Assembly (NCBI GenBank): GCA_037440005.1
Contig: JBBIUY010000011.1
Coordinates: 11,738-75,737, forward strand
Source of the DNA: Armatimonadota bacterium
GTDB taxonomy: Bacteria; Sysuimicrobiota; Sysuimicrobiia; Sysuimicrobiales; Kaftiobacteriaceae
Reading direction: 5' to 3'
Length of the DNA: 64,000 bases
Shown here: in pieces, positions 19,200 through 26,626 of the stretch
How the letters are laid out: every line of letters begins with the position of its first letter
How positions within the stretch are numbered: the stretch's first letter is position 1
Program-made: the position numbers and the translations under genes
The notes under the pieces: model-generated
The model's database searches: none
What the model saw: only the letters and a program-made list of their open reading frames with translations
Told to the model about the DNA's origin: nothing

Positions 19200-20318
19200 A
19201 TGCAGCAGCCGTCCACATCCGTCAGGCCCATCCCGCTGGCCCGCCCGCTGATCTCCGAGGACGACCGGCGCCGGGTGCTGCAGGTGCTGGAGTCGGGCCA
19301 GCTGGTGGCCGGGCGCCAGGTAGCCGAGTTCGAGCAGGCCTTTGCCCGCTACCTGGGCGTCCGGGAGGCGGTGGCCACGTCTTCGGGCACCACCGCCCTG
19401 CAGGTGGCCCTGGAGGCCTGCGGCATCGGCCCGGGGGACGTGGTGGTCACCACCCCGTTCACCTTTGCGGCCACCAGCAACGCCGTCCTGCACGCGGGCG
19501 CCCGCCCGGTGTTCGCCGACGTGGACCCCCGCACGGGCAACCTGGACCCCCAGGCGGCGGAGGACGCGGTGCGGCGGCACCGGGCGCGGGCGATCCTGTG
19601 CGTGCACCTGTACGGGATGCCCTGCGACATGGACGCCCTGGTCGAGATTGCCGCCCGCCACGGGGTCCTGCTGCTGGAAGACTGCGCCCAGGCCCACGGC
19701 GCGCGTTACCGGGACCGCCCCGTGGGCACCTTCGGGGCGGCGGCCATCTTCAGCTTCTACCCCAGCAAGAACATGACCACCGGCGAGGGGGGCATGGTGG
19801 TCACCGACGACCCGCAGGTGGCCGCCCGGGCGCGGCTGCTGGTCAACGTCGGCCAGCGGCCCGGGGACGACTACGTCTACGAGGTGGTGGGCCACAACTT
19901 CCGCATGACCGACATCGCCGCGGCGCTGGGCGTCGGGCAGCTGCAGCGCCTGGACGGGTGGAACGCCCGCCGGCGGGAGCACGCCGCCCGCTACACCGCC
20001 GCCCTGGCCTCCCTGGGGTGGGTGGTGCATCCGCCGGAGCCGCCGGGGACGTGGCCGGTGTACAACACCTACACGGTGCGCGTGCTGTACGACCGCCCGC
20101 GCCTGATGGAGGCCCTGCGGGCGGCCCAGATCGCCTGCCGGGTGTACTACCCGTCCCTGGTCCCCCACTCGCCCGCCTACCGGCGGCTGGGGCTGGACGG
20201 CCGCTTCCCGGCGGCCGAGCGGCTGACCCGGGAGGTGCTCTCGCTGCCGGTGCACCCGGCGCTGGAGCCCCAGGACGTGGACCGGGTCATCGACGTGGTG
20301 ACCGGGGTGCGGCCGTGA
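19200..20318 (+). CDS. DegT/DnrJ/EryC1/StrS aminotransferase
   Basis: SSGTTAL, EDCAQAHG, SFYPSKNMTTGEGG, NFRMTD. Confidence 0.93.
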   Translation: MQQPSTSVRPIPLARPLISEDDRRRVLQVLESGQLVAGRQVAEFEQAFARYLGVREAVATSSGTTALQVALEACGIGPGDVVVTTPFTFAATSNAVLHAGARPVFADVDPRTGNLDPQAAEDAVRRHRARAILCVHLYGMPCDMDALVEIAARHGVLLLEDCAQAHGARYRDRPVGTFGAAAIFSFYPSKNMTTGEGGMVVTDDPQVAARARLLVNVGQRPGDDYVYEVVGHNFRMTDIAAALGVGQLQRLDGWNARRREHAARYTAALASLGWVVHPPEPPGTWPVYNTYTVRVLYDRPRLMEALRAAQIACRVYYPSLVPHSPAYRRLGLDGRFPAAERLTREVLSLPVHPALEPQDVDRVIDVVTGVRP

Positions 20319-20331
20319 GGAGGGAAGGGCG

Positions 20332-21267
20332 GTGAGCCGCCGGATCCGGGTCGCCGTGGTGGGGCTGGGCCAGTGGGGCCGCCACCACGCCCGCATCTAC
20401 GCCGGCCTGCCCGACGTGGACCTGGCGGCGGTGGTGGACGTGAACGAGGCCGAGATGCGGGCCGTGGCCCAGCGGTACCGCACCAGGGGCTACACCGACT
20501 ACCGGGAGGTCCTGGGGCGGGTGGACGCCGTCAGCGTGGTGGTGCCGACCCACCTGCACTACGAGGTGGCCCGCGCGTTTCTGGAGTCCGGGGCCCACGT
20601 GCTGGTGGAGAAGCCTATGACGAGCACCCTGCCGGAGGCCACCGCCCTGGTGGACCTGGCCCGGCGCCGCGGGCTCATCCTGGCCGTCGGCCACGTGGAG
20701 CGCTTCAAGCCGGCAGTCCGGCGGCTGGTGGAGCTGGCCCGGGAGCCGCTGTTCATCCAGGCCCGGCGGGTGCGCCCCTATGACCGGTCCCGCACCATGG
20801 ACGTGGGCGTGGTCATGGACCTGATGATCCACGACATCGACATCGCCCTGGCGCTGGCCCGCAGCCGTCCGATCCAGCTGGGCGGGCTGGCGGTGCGGGT
20901 GCACAACAGCCACGAGGACCTGGCGGTGGCCCACCTGACCCTCGCCTCCGGCTGCCGGGCCTGGCTGCTGGCCAGCCGGGTCTCCGCCCACAAGGCGTCC
21001 GAAATCGAGGTGGTCACCCCCGACCGGGTGGTGCGGCTGGACTACCTGCGCCAGCGCCTGGCCGTGCACGGGTTTGCGGGAGAGGTGGAGGAGCACGAAG
21101 AGGTGCACGGCGAGGAACCCCTGCGGGCGGAGCTGGCGCACTTCGTGGCCTGCGTGGCCGGGCGGGACCGGCCCCTGGTGACCGGGGAGGACGGCCGGCA
21201 GGCTCTGGAGGTGGCGCTGCAGCTGCTGGCGCAGATGACCACCCTCGCCGCCCCGGTGCGGGTGTAG
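20332..21267 (+). CDS. Gfo/Idh/MocA oxidoreductase (GnnA/WbpB-like)
   Basis: GLGQWG, VEKP, VGHVERF, DLMIHDID. Confidence 0.9.
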   Translation: MSRRIRVAVVGLGQWGRHHARIYAGLPDVDLAAVVDVNEAEMRAVAQRYRTRGYTDYREVLGRVDAVSVVVPTHLHYEVARAFLESGAHVLVEKPMTSTLPEATALVDLARRRGLILAVGHVERFKPAVRRLVELAREPLFIQARRVRPYDRSRTMDVGVVMDLMIHDIDIALALARSRPIQLGGLAVRVHNSHEDLAVAHLTLASGCRAWLLASRVSAHKASEIEVVTPDRVVRLDYLRQRLAVHGFAGEVEEHEEVHGEEPLRAELAHFVACVAGRDRPLVTGEDGRQALEVALQLLAQMTTLAAPVRV

Positions 21268-21285
21268 GCCGCGTCTCGGCGCCGG

Positions 21286-21693
21286 ATGTCGGAGACGCCC
21301 GTGGAGTGGCGCACCGTCTCCGTCCGCACCCGAGCCCGGGTGCAGATCGTCGACATCACCGATCGGGTGGCCGAGGCGTGCCCTGCGGACGCGTCGGGTC
21401 TGGCGGTGGTGGTGTGCCCCCACACCACCGCCGGCGTGTGCGTCAACGAGGCCGAGCCCCACCTGCTGGCGGACCTGGAGCGGTGGCTGGAACGGCTGGC
21501 GCCCGCCGACGCCGCCTACGCCCACAACCGGGTCGACGACAACGCCGACGCGCACCTGCGGGCGATCCTGCTGGGCCACTGCGTCTGCGTGCCCCTCCAG
21601 GGAGGGCTGCGGCTGGGGCGCTGGCAGCGCATCCTGCTGGTGGAGCTGGACGGGCCCCGCCAGCGCGACGTGCTGGTGGCGGCGCTGACATGA
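21286..21693 (+). CDS. YjbQ/UPF0047 family protein
   Basis: PHTTAG..NE, NADAHL, LGRWQ..LVELDGPR. Confidence 0.9.
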   Translation: MSETPVEWRTVSVRTRARVQIVDITDRVAEACPADASGLAVVVCPHTTAGVCVNEAEPHLLADLERWLERLAPADAAYAHNRVDDNADAHLRAILLGHCVCVPLQGGLRLGRWQRILLVELDGPRQRDVLVAALT

Positions 21694-21723
21694 CCCCGGC
21701 CCGGGACGTCCGGGCCGGGCGGT

Positions 21724-21957
21724 TCAGGGGTGGACCACCACGCAGGTGACCACCCGGCGCACGCCCTCGATCCGCTGGACGGCCGCCGCCACCGCCGGGA
21801 ACCCGCGGGTCTCCTCCTGCTCGGCCACGGCGATGACGTCGAACTCCCCCATGGTGACGTGAGCCGCCACCACCCCGGGGACCGCGCGCACCTCCCGGGC
21901 CACGGCCGCCGGGGTGCTGCGGTCCAGGGCGATCAACAGGTAGGCCACCTCGGCCAC
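21724..21957 (-). CDS. Stand-alone Lrp/AsnC ligand-binding (RAM) domain protein
   Basis: AYLLI...PGVVAAHVTMGEFDVIA...IEGVRRVVT; 77 aa, no HTH. Confidence 0.8.
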   Translation of the reverse strand: MAEVAYLLIALDRSTPAAVAREVRAVPGVVAAHVTMGEFDVIAVAEQEETRGFPAVAAAVQRIEGVRRVVTCVVVHP

Positions 21958-21998
21958 GGCCCCTGTGTTCGGGCGGGGGGCGGGGAGTTCCTGCGGCG

Positions 21999-22027
21999 TT
22001 GACAGCGCCGACCCCCGGGGGTAGCAT
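21999..22027 (+). promoter_or_regulatory. Sigma70-type promoter of the FMN riboswitch leader
   Basis: TTGACA-17-TAGCAT. Confidence 0.7.
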
Positions 22028-22046
22028 GGGCGCGGAAGCACCGAAG

Positions 22047-22211
22047 TCCCGCAGCCTTACGGGGCAGGGTGACTCCGCCTCCGGCGGGCGCCGGAGGTCG
22101 GGGAATTCCCGATCGGCGGTGACAGCCCGTGAGGCGCGGCGCGCGCCGCGCCGTGGCCCGGTGGAATTCCGGGGCCGACGGTATAGTCCGTATGAGGTGA
22201 AGGCTGCGGGA
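22047..22211 (+). ncRNA. FMN (RFN) riboswitch aptamer, variant with L2 insertion
   Basis: P1 TCCCGCAGCCTT/AAGGCTGCGGGA; GGGGCAGGGTGA..AATTCCCGATCGGCGGT; CCGGTGGAATTCCGG; GCCGACGGTATAGTCCG. Confidence 0.9.
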
Positions 22212-22231
22212 GCCGGCGCCTGAGTGCCCCC

Positions 22232-22258
22232 AGGACGCCCGAGTTCGGGCGTCCTTTT
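22232..22258 (+). terminator. Terminator of the FMN riboswitch expression platform
   Basis: AGGACGCCCGA-gt-TCGGGCGTCCT-TTT. Confidence 0.8.
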
Positions 22259-22292
22259 GATTTGGCGCCGGGGGCGGAGGAGGGAGACCGAG

Positions 22293-22808
22293 ATGACTAC
22301 CCGGCAGCTGACTCTTACGGCGCTGCTCATCGCTCTGGTGGCCGCCGCGACCCTGGTGATCCGGATCCCGGTGCCGGCGACCCAGGGCTACATCAACCTG
22401 GGAGACTCGATGGTGTACGTGTCGGCGCTGCTGTTCGGCCCCGTCACCGGCCTGCTGGCCGGCGGGGTGGGGTCGGCGCTGGCGGACCTGATCGGCGGGT
22501 ACGGGCAGTTCGCGCCCTACACGCTGGTCATCAAGGGGCTGGAGGGGCTGGTGGTGGGCTGGCTCGCCCGGCGCCTGGGCGGGAAACTGGCGTCGGCCGC
22601 CGACCTGGCCCGGGCCGCGGCGGCGGTGGTGGCCGGCGGGGTCCTGATGGTGGCGGGCTACTACGTGGCGGAGGCGTTCGTGCTGCGCCTGGGGCCGGCG
22701 GCGGCCGCTGCCGAGGTGCCGGGCAACATCTTCCAGGTGGTGGGCGGCCTGGTGGCGGCCCTGCCTGTGTCGGTGGCGCTGCGCCGGCTGGTCGTCTCCG
22801 CGCCCTGA
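22293..22808 (+). CDS. ECF transporter S-component, probably riboflavin
   Basis: IPVPATQGYINLGD, GSALADL, multiple TMs; downstream of FMN riboswitch. Confidence 0.85.
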   Translation: MTTRQLTLTALLIALVAAATLVIRIPVPATQGYINLGDSMVYVSALLFGPVTGLLAGGVGSALADLIGGYGQFAPYTLVIKGLEGLVVGWLARRLGGKLASAADLARAAAAVVAGGVLMVAGYYVAEAFVLRLGPAAAAAEVPGNIFQVVGGLVAALPVSVALRRLVVSAP

Positions 22809-22814
22809 CGGCCC

Positions 22815-23852
22815 GTGTCCGGGCCCGACCTCCGCGGCAGTCCCAGCGCGGCCCGCCCCCTGCGCTCCGGCAAGGTCCCCGCCGAGCTGCTGCGCTCTGT
22901 TGTCTTTTCCCACCTGGGAGCCCGGCGGTCCGATGTGCTGGCGCGGGCGGGGATCGGCGAGGACTGCGCCGCGGTGGACCTCGGCGAGGCGGTGTGCGTG
23001 GTCACCTGCGACCCCATCACCGCCGCCTCCCATCACCTGGGCCGCCTGGCGGTGCACGTGGCCTGCAACGACCTGGCCACCACCGGGGCGGAGCCCGTGG
23101 CCCTCCTGCTGACCCTGCTCCTGCGCGAGGGAACCACCTCCCAGGAGCTGGAGGCCGTCGTGGCCGACGCCGGGCGGACCGCGGCGAGCCTGGGCGTGGA
23201 GATCGTGGGGGGCCACACCGAAGTCACCCCCGGGATCGACCGCACGCTGGCCGTGGTGACCGCCATCGGCAGGGTCCGCCGGGGCGCGATGGTCTCGGCG
23301 GCGGGCGCGCGGCCCCACGACGCGGTCATCCTGACCAAGGGGGCCGCGATCGAGGGGACGGCCATCCTGGCCTCCGACCTGGCGGACCGGCTGCGGCCCG
23401 TCCTGGGGGAGGAGGGGCTGGCGCGGGCCCAGGCGTTCATCGAGCGGATCAGCGTCGTGCCCGAGGGACGCGCCGCCTCCCGGGCCGGCGCCACCGCCAT
23501 GCACGACGTGACCGAAGGCGGCGTCCTGGCCGGGGCGTGGGAGCTGGCCGAGGCCAGCGGGAGGGGCATCGTCCTGCGGGCTGACGACGTGCCGGTGCTG
23601 CCGGAGACCCAGGCCATCTGCCACGCCCTGGACCTGGATCCGCTGGCCCTGATCGGCAGCGGGGCGATGCTCATCTGCACCCCCGACCCGCGCGGCATGC
23701 TGGCTGCCTTGGCCGAGGCCGGCGTCCCGGCCGCCGAGGTGGGGGTCGTGACCGAGGGGGAGCGGGTCCTGGTGCGGGCCGGCCGGGCCCGTCCGCTGGT
23801 CCTCCCCGACCGCGACGAGATCTACCGGGTCCTGGAACGTCCGCCGGAGTAG
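22815..23852 (+). CDS. AIR synthase-related (PurM/ThiL/HypE superfamily) protein
   Basis: GKVP, GIGEDCA, DPIT, NDLA..GAEP, GGHTE, MHDVTEGG. Confidence 0.85.
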   Translation: MSGPDLRGSPSAARPLRSGKVPAELLRSVVFSHLGARRSDVLARAGIGEDCAAVDLGEAVCVVTCDPITAASHHLGRLAVHVACNDLATTGAEPVALLLTLLLREGTTSQELEAVVADAGRTAASLGVEIVGGHTEVTPGIDRTLAVVTAIGRVRRGAMVSAAGARPHDAVILTKGAAIEGTAILASDLADRLRPVLGEEGLARAQAFIERISVVPEGRAASRAGATAMHDVTEGGVLAGAWELAEASGRGIVLRADDVPVLPETQAICHALDLDPLALIGSGAMLICTPDPRGMLAALAEAGVPAAEVGVVTEGERVLVRAGRARPLVLPDRDEIYRVLERPPE

Positions 23853-23922
23853 GGGCCGGACGGGGTCCGGGGTCTCTTGCGCGGGCCGCCGCCGGGGGCT
23901 AGCATGAGAGCCGGAACCGCAT

Positions 23923-24056
23923 AGCGGCGGGGAGCTCGGGGGGAGCCGGGCTGAGAGTACGCCGCCGTCGGACCGTCCCGGCGGGCGCCGGACGGGGCCG
24001 ACCCCGGCGTAGACCCACAGGACCCGATCCAGGTAATACTGGCGTGGGGACGCAGC
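23923..24056 (+). ncRNA. TPP riboswitch
   Basis: GGGCTGAGAG...AGACCC...GACCCGATCCAGGTAATACTGGCGTGGGGA; upstream of thiT; boundaries approximate. Confidence 0.9.
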
Positions 24057-24064
24057 GCGTGGAG

Positions 24065-24100
24065 AGCCGCCAGCCTGGCTCGGCTGGCGGCTGTCGTTTT
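24065..24100 (+). terminator. Hairpin of the TPP riboswitch expression platform
   Basis: AGCCGCCAGCC-tggctc-GGCTGGCGGCT-gtcgtttt. Confidence 0.6.
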
Positions 24101-24136
24101 GCGTGCGCGACGCCTGCGAAGAGGGAGGGATCGCCG

Positions 24137-24676
24137 ATGGGAGCCGGTCGGAAGATATCGCCCCGGCTGGTCGCGGAGATGGGAGTCGCCATCGCGCTGG
24201 CCGCCGTCCTGCACCTGGTGAAGCTGTGGGAGATGCCCCAGGGAGGGTCGATCACCCTGGGGACCATGGTGCCCCTGTTCGTGATCGCCCTCCGGCGCGG
24301 GCCGGCGGTGGGGGCACTGGCGGGCGCCGTGTACGGCCTGCTGGAAGGGTGGATCATCAGCGGCGGGCGGTTCTTCTACCACCCGGTGCAGGTGATCCTG
24401 GACTACCCCCTGGCCTTCGGATTGCTGGCGGTGGCCGGGTTCTTCCCCCGGTATCCCGCCTTCGGGGTGACGCTGGGGGCCCTGGCCCGCTACGCGTCCC
24501 ACGTGGTCTCGGGGATCGTCTTCTTCGCCCAGTACGCGCCCGCGGGACAGCCGGTGTGGCTGTACTCGCTGGGGTACAACGCCGCGTACCTGGGGCCGGA
24601 CTTCGCGGTGGCCATCGTCCTGACGCTGCTGGTCTGGGAGAGGATCTCCCGGCTGTCCCCGCAGGTGGCCGCGTAG
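24137..24676 (+). CDS. thiT: Energy-coupled thiamine transporter S-component
   Basis: MPQGGSI, HPVQVILDYPLAF, HVVSGIVFF..YAP.GQ..WLYSL.YN. Confidence 0.92.
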   Translation: MGAGRKISPRLVAEMGVAIALAAVLHLVKLWEMPQGGSITLGTMVPLFVIALRRGPAVGALAGAVYGLLEGWIISGGRFFYHPVQVILDYPLAFGLLAVAGFFPRYPAFGVTLGALARYASHVVSGIVFFAQYAPAGQPVWLYSLGYNAAYLGPDFAVAIVLTLLVWERISRLSPQVAA

Positions 24677-24683
24677 CCGGCCC

Positions 24684-25337
24684 ATGCACGCGGTGGTGGT
24701 GGCCGGGGGCCGGCCGGGGCCGGGAGCCTGGTGGGACCTCGCGGCCCGGGCGGACCTGGTGATCTGCGCCGACGGCGGCGTGGATGCGGCGCGGTCCCGG
24801 GGGCTGGTCCCCCACCTGGTGGTCGGCGACTTCGACTCGGCGTCCGCCGCCGCGCTGGCCTGGGCCCGCCGACGCGGGGCCCGGCTGGTGCGCTATCCCC
24901 CGGACAAGGACAGGACCGACACCGACCTGGCCGTCGAGCACGCCCTGGCCGCCGGGGCGCGCCGGGTGGACATCGTGGGCGCCCTGGACGGGCGGGTGGA
25001 CCACGCCCTCGCCAACGTCGGCCTGCTGCTCCGGGCCGCCCGGCGGGGAGTTCGCGCGCGATTGCTGCGGGGGCGGGCGGAGGTGTTCGTGGCCCGGGGC
25101 GGTATGCCTCTCCCCGGCCGCGCCGGCGACCTGGTGTCCCTGCTGCCCCTGTTCGGGCCGGCCGCGGGTATCACGACCGCGGGCCTGCGGTACCGGTTGC
25201 GCGGCGGCACCCTGCGTCCGGGGTCCACCCGCGGGGTCAGCAACGTGATCGTCCGGCCGCCGGCCGCCGTCACGGTGCGGCGGGGCTGGCTGCTGGTGGT
25301 GGTGACTCACCGCCGCGGGCTGTCCGCGGGCGCCTAA
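24684..25337 (+). CDS. thiN: Thiamine pyrophosphokinase
   Basis: ADGG, GDFDS, KDRTD, GRVDH..AN, GVSN. Confidence 0.92.
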   Translation: MHAVVVAGGRPGPGAWWDLAARADLVICADGGVDAARSRGLVPHLVVGDFDSASAAALAWARRRGARLVRYPPDKDRTDTDLAVEHALAAGARRVDIVGALDGRVDHALANVGLLLRAARRGVRARLLRGRAEVFVARGGMPLPGRAGDLVSLLPLFGPAAGITTAGLRYRLRGGTLRPGSTRGVSNVIVRPPAAVTVRRGWLLVVVTHRRGLSAGA

Positions 25338-25365
25338 CGGCCGCCCGTGTATAATGAGGGCACCG

Positions 25366-26283
25366 ATGGCACAGCTGCGGCGGTCCACCGACTACTGGAT
25401 CCGGTCCGTCACCGACGACGGCGGCGTGCGCGCCATGGCGGCGGTCACCACCGCCACCGTGGAACTGGCCCGCCGCCGGCACGGCACGGCGCCCACGGCG
25501 ACCGCCGCCCTCGGCCGCGCCCTGACCGCCGCCGGGCTGCTGGGGGTCGCCCTGAAGACCGGCCAGACGGTGATGGTGCGCATCCTGGGCGACGGCCCTC
25601 TGGGCGGGGTGCTGGCCGCGGGCGACTGGGCGGGCGCCGTGCGGGGGTACGTGGCCAATCCCGACGTGCACCTGCCCCTCACGCCCGCCGGCAAGCTGGA
25701 CGTGGGCCGGGCGGTGGGGCGGGGGACATTGCACGTGACCCTGGACCTGGGGCTGCGCATGCCCTATCACGGCAGCGTCCCCCTGGTCTCCGGGGAGATC
25801 GCCGAAGACCTGGCGTCCTACCTGGTCATCTCTCACCAGATCCCCTCGGTGGTGGCCCTGGGGGTGATGGTGTCTCCCACCGGCCGGGTGGTGGCCGCGG
25901 GCGGGCTGATCGTGCAGGTCCTGCCCGGGGCCAGCGATCGGGTGGTGTCCTACCTGGAACAGCGGGCGCGCCTGCTGCCGGCGGTAACCTCCATGATCTC
26001 CCGCGGCCGCACCCCGGAGGAGATGGTCCGGGTGGCCCTGGGGGACCTGGGCGCGCGCGTGGTGGAGCGGGGTGTGGTGCGTTTCCGCTGCCGGTGCTCC
26101 CGGGCGCGGGTGCGGCAGGTCCTGGCCAGCCTGACCGCCGACGACCTGCGGGACCTGGTGGCCACCCGGGGCCACGTGGAGGTCCGGTGCCACTTCTGCG
26201 GGGCCCGCTATCTCTTCGACGAGGACGACGTCGAGGACCTGATCGGATCCGCCCCCGCCCGGGCGGCACCCGCTCCCTGCTGA
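25366..26283 (+). CDS. hslO: Hsp33 redox-regulated chaperone
   Basis: ALGRALTA, GDGPLG, SGEIAED, CRCS...CHFC zinc motif; TATAAT at 25350. Confidence 0.93.
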   Translation: MAQLRRSTDYWIRSVTDDGGVRAMAAVTTATVELARRRHGTAPTATAALGRALTAAGLLGVALKTGQTVMVRILGDGPLGGVLAAGDWAGAVRGYVANPDVHLPLTPAGKLDVGRAVGRGTLHVTLDLGLRMPYHGSVPLVSGEIAEDLASYLVISHQIPSVVALGVMVSPTGRVVAAGGLIVQVLPGASDRVVSYLEQRARLLPAVTSMISRGRTPEEMVRVALGDLGARVVERGVVRFRCRCSRARVRQVLASLTADDLRDLVATRGHVEVRCHFCGARYLFDEDDVEDLIGSAPARAAPAPC

Positions 26284-26310
26284 GGGGGAGGCAGCCGGCG
26301 CAGGCCGGGG

Positions 26311-26514
26311 CTACGGTGTGCGCTGCGGCGGCCGGCGCACGCGCCCGGAGGCCAGGCAGGTGGTGCACACCCGCAGGCGCCGGGGCGCGCCGTCCACCAG
26401 CACCCGGACCCGCTGCAGGTTCGGCGCGAACACGCGCCGGGTCCGGTGCTCGGAGTGGCTGACCGAGTGGCCGAACGCCGGGCGCTTGCCGCAGATGGCG
26501 CACTGCCGGGCCAT
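26311..26514 (-). CDS. rpmB: 50S ribosomal protein L28 (zinc-binding form)
   Basis: MARQCAICGK...SHS..RTRRVF.PNLQ...VCTTCL. Confidence 0.95.
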   Translation of the reverse strand: MARQCAICGKRPAFGHSVSHSEHRTRRVFAPNLQRVRVLVDGAPRRLRVCTTCLASGRVRRPPQRTP

Positions 26515-26626
26515 GATGTCCTCCTCGACCTGGTCCGGGCCGGAGCCCGGGCATCGGAGCCGACGGCGATTGTACCACGTGGCCCCGGGCAAGGAAACCC
26601 CACCGGGGCGTAGAACACTGCCGCGA

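Noticed and set aside
22815..23852. Possible selD
   Set aside because: Same fold, but lacks the N-terminal (C/U)xxK SelD motif
26278..26320. hslO ends Cys-TGA-Gly, resembling a C-U-G selenoprotein tail
   Set aside because: Hsp33 is already full length; read-through would run antisense across rpmB; no convincing SECIS
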